In this document: positions 50,229-51,900 of the stretch, one piece after another
How the letters are laid out: each line of letters begins with the position of its first letter
Position numbering within the stretch: the first letter of the stretch is position 1
Source: Chiloscyllium plagiosum
Taxonomy: Eukaryota
Reading direction: 5' to 3'
DNA: 51,900 bases
NCBI RefSeq assembly: GCF_004010195.1
Contig: NC_057752.1
Location: 4,353,626-4,405,525 of the forward strand
Position numbers and translations under genes: made by a program
The notes under the pieces: model-generated
Told to the model about the DNA's origin: nothing
Seen by the model: the letters and a program-made list of their open reading frames with translations, nothing else
The model's database searches: none

Positions 50229-50691
50229 CCTCTGACTAGAGAGTCCCCTAACACAATCGATCGCTTGGAACCTGACGTACCTCTCGTCACCCTAGAGCCA
50301 GTCTTGGTACCATCACTCCCTACATTTTCCAAAACAGCATACTTGTTTGAGATGGGGATAGCCACAGAAGACTCCTACGCTACCTGCCTACCCCCCTACC
50401 TTTCCTGGAGGTAACCCACCTACCTGACTGTATCTGTGGCGTTTTTTTCTTCCTATAACTGCCATCCAGCACACCCCCTAGCTCTTGTAAATTCCTCATT
50501 GCATCTAACTGCTGCTCCAACCAATCCATGCGATCTGATAGGATGCACAGCCAAAGACACTTCCTACAGCCATATCATCAGTAATATGGAAACTCTCCCT
50601 AAACTCCCACATCTGACAGGAAGAGCACATCACTCTACTAAAGGCCACCTTTGCACCATCTACAGATCCAGAAAATAACACAGCCTTACTA

Positions 50692-51668
50692 GCACCTATT
50701 TGTAGCCACTGTATTTACATGGCCAGTCCAGTTGAGTTTCTGGTCAATGGTAACTCCCAGGATGTTGACAGTGGGGGATTCAGTGATGGTAAAGCCATTG
50801 AATGTCAATGAATGATGGTTAGATTGTTCCTTATTGGAACTGCTCATTTCCTGACAAATGTTACTTGTCACTTTTCAGCCCAAGCCTGATTATTGTCCAG
50901 GTCTTAGACATGAACTGCTTCAGTATTTTGAGGAGTCTCAAATAGTGCTGAAGGTTGTGCAGTCATCCCCACTTCTGACCCAAGATGGAGAGAAAGCACT
51001 GAAGACGGTTGCACCTAGGACACTACCCTGTGGAACTCCTACAGAGATGTTCTGGAGTTGAGATGACCTCCAACAACCACAACCATCTTCCTATGTGTCA
51101 GGTATGACTCCAACCAGCAGAGAGTTTGCCTCTATTGCCGCTGACTCCAGTTTGCTAGGGCTCCTTGATGCCACACTTGGTCGAATGCAGCCTTCATGTC
51201 AAGGGCTGTCACTCTCACCTCCCCTCTGGAATTCAGCCCCTTCGTCCAGGTTTGAACCAAGGCTGTAATGAGGAACTGAGTGGCCCAGGCAGTACCCAAA
51301 CTGGGTGTCACTGAGCAGGTGCTGCTCGATAGCACTGTCGATGACACCTTCCATCACTTTACTGATGATTGAGTGTAGACTGATGGGACAGTAATTGGCT
51401 GGGTTGGATTTGTGCTGTTTTTTATGTACAGATCATACCTGGGCAACTTTCCACATTGTCAGGTAGATGCCAATGTTGTAACTGTATGGGAACAGCTTGG
51501 CTGGGGGAGCGACACATTCTGGAGCACAAGCCTATGGTACACTTGCTGGAACATTGGCAGGGGACATAGCCTTTGCAGTTTCTAGTACCTCTGACGATTT
51601 CTTGATAACACAGTGAATTGAATTGGTTGAAGACTGGTAGCTGTGATGCTGGGGACCTCTGGAAGATG
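50692..51668 (-). mobile_element. Old CR1-like LINE RT fragment (second family)
   Basis: VRVTALDMKAAFDQVWHQG; ILGVTIDQKLNWTGHVN. Confidence 0.8.
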
Positions 51669-51750
51669 GTTAGGGCCTGTGATGGGATGCTGTTGGAATT
51701 GCATTTTTGTGTGTTTTACAATTTTTGAAAGGCCTCTTGTGTAAATAATT

Positions 51751-51900
51751 TAGAGTCATAGTCATAGAGATGCACAGCATGGAAACAGACCCTTCAGTCC
51801 AACCCGTCCATGCTGACCAGATATCCCAACCCAATCTAGTCCCACCTGCCAGCACCCGGCCCATATCTCTCCAAACCCTTCCTATTCATGTACCCATCCA
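51751..51900 (-). mobile_element. CR1/HER1 3' end (continues beyond window)
   Basis: (gtcata)n tail and the same 3' UTR as the other copies. Confidence 0.9.

Larger units (their letters stand above)
48148..50690 (-). mobile_element. CR1/HER1 LINE retaining ORF1 and the 5' part of ORF2, lacking its 3' end
   Basis: ORF1 start (V)AFSRVMCSSCQMWEF...CRKC; VLGDSLVRG and WNLSWGRSDLYKRDGLHLN (SGNH esterase); ORF2 to FADDTKIG; internal deletion near 48948. Confidence 0.92.

Overview
Repeat-dominated eukaryotic DNA, almost certainly from a cartilaginous fish. The HE1/V-SINE, HER1/CR1, Deu-SINE and Penelope families resemble those of sharks, probably a carpet or bamboo shark; this is recognition from memory, not a database hit. 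No intact cellular gene is present. The only host-gene trace is a frameshifted terminal exon of an MMP19-like hemopexin-domain gene (minus strand, 38295-38539). The rest is layered mobile DNA: about 12 HE1-type SINEs, about 8 old Deu-domain SINEs, young and old CR1 LINE pieces, a Rex1/Babar fragment, a Tx1/L1 3' remnant, a decayed Mag-type Gypsy element, L2 tails and a 34-bp minisatellite running into a gap. The most striking structure is a set of short Penelope pseudo-LTR insertions. Several are fold-back (inverted) units with 10-16 bp target-site duplications, and they carry minimal, dimer-type hammerhead ribozyme motifs (best copies 12849-12883 + and 49900-49935 -). Other notable items are a 5'-inverted CR1, a Gypsy/CR1 fusion junction, an anomalously conserved 39-bp inverted repeat and a few enhancer-like motif clusters. 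Boundaries were read by eye and are approximate unless a TSD is quoted.
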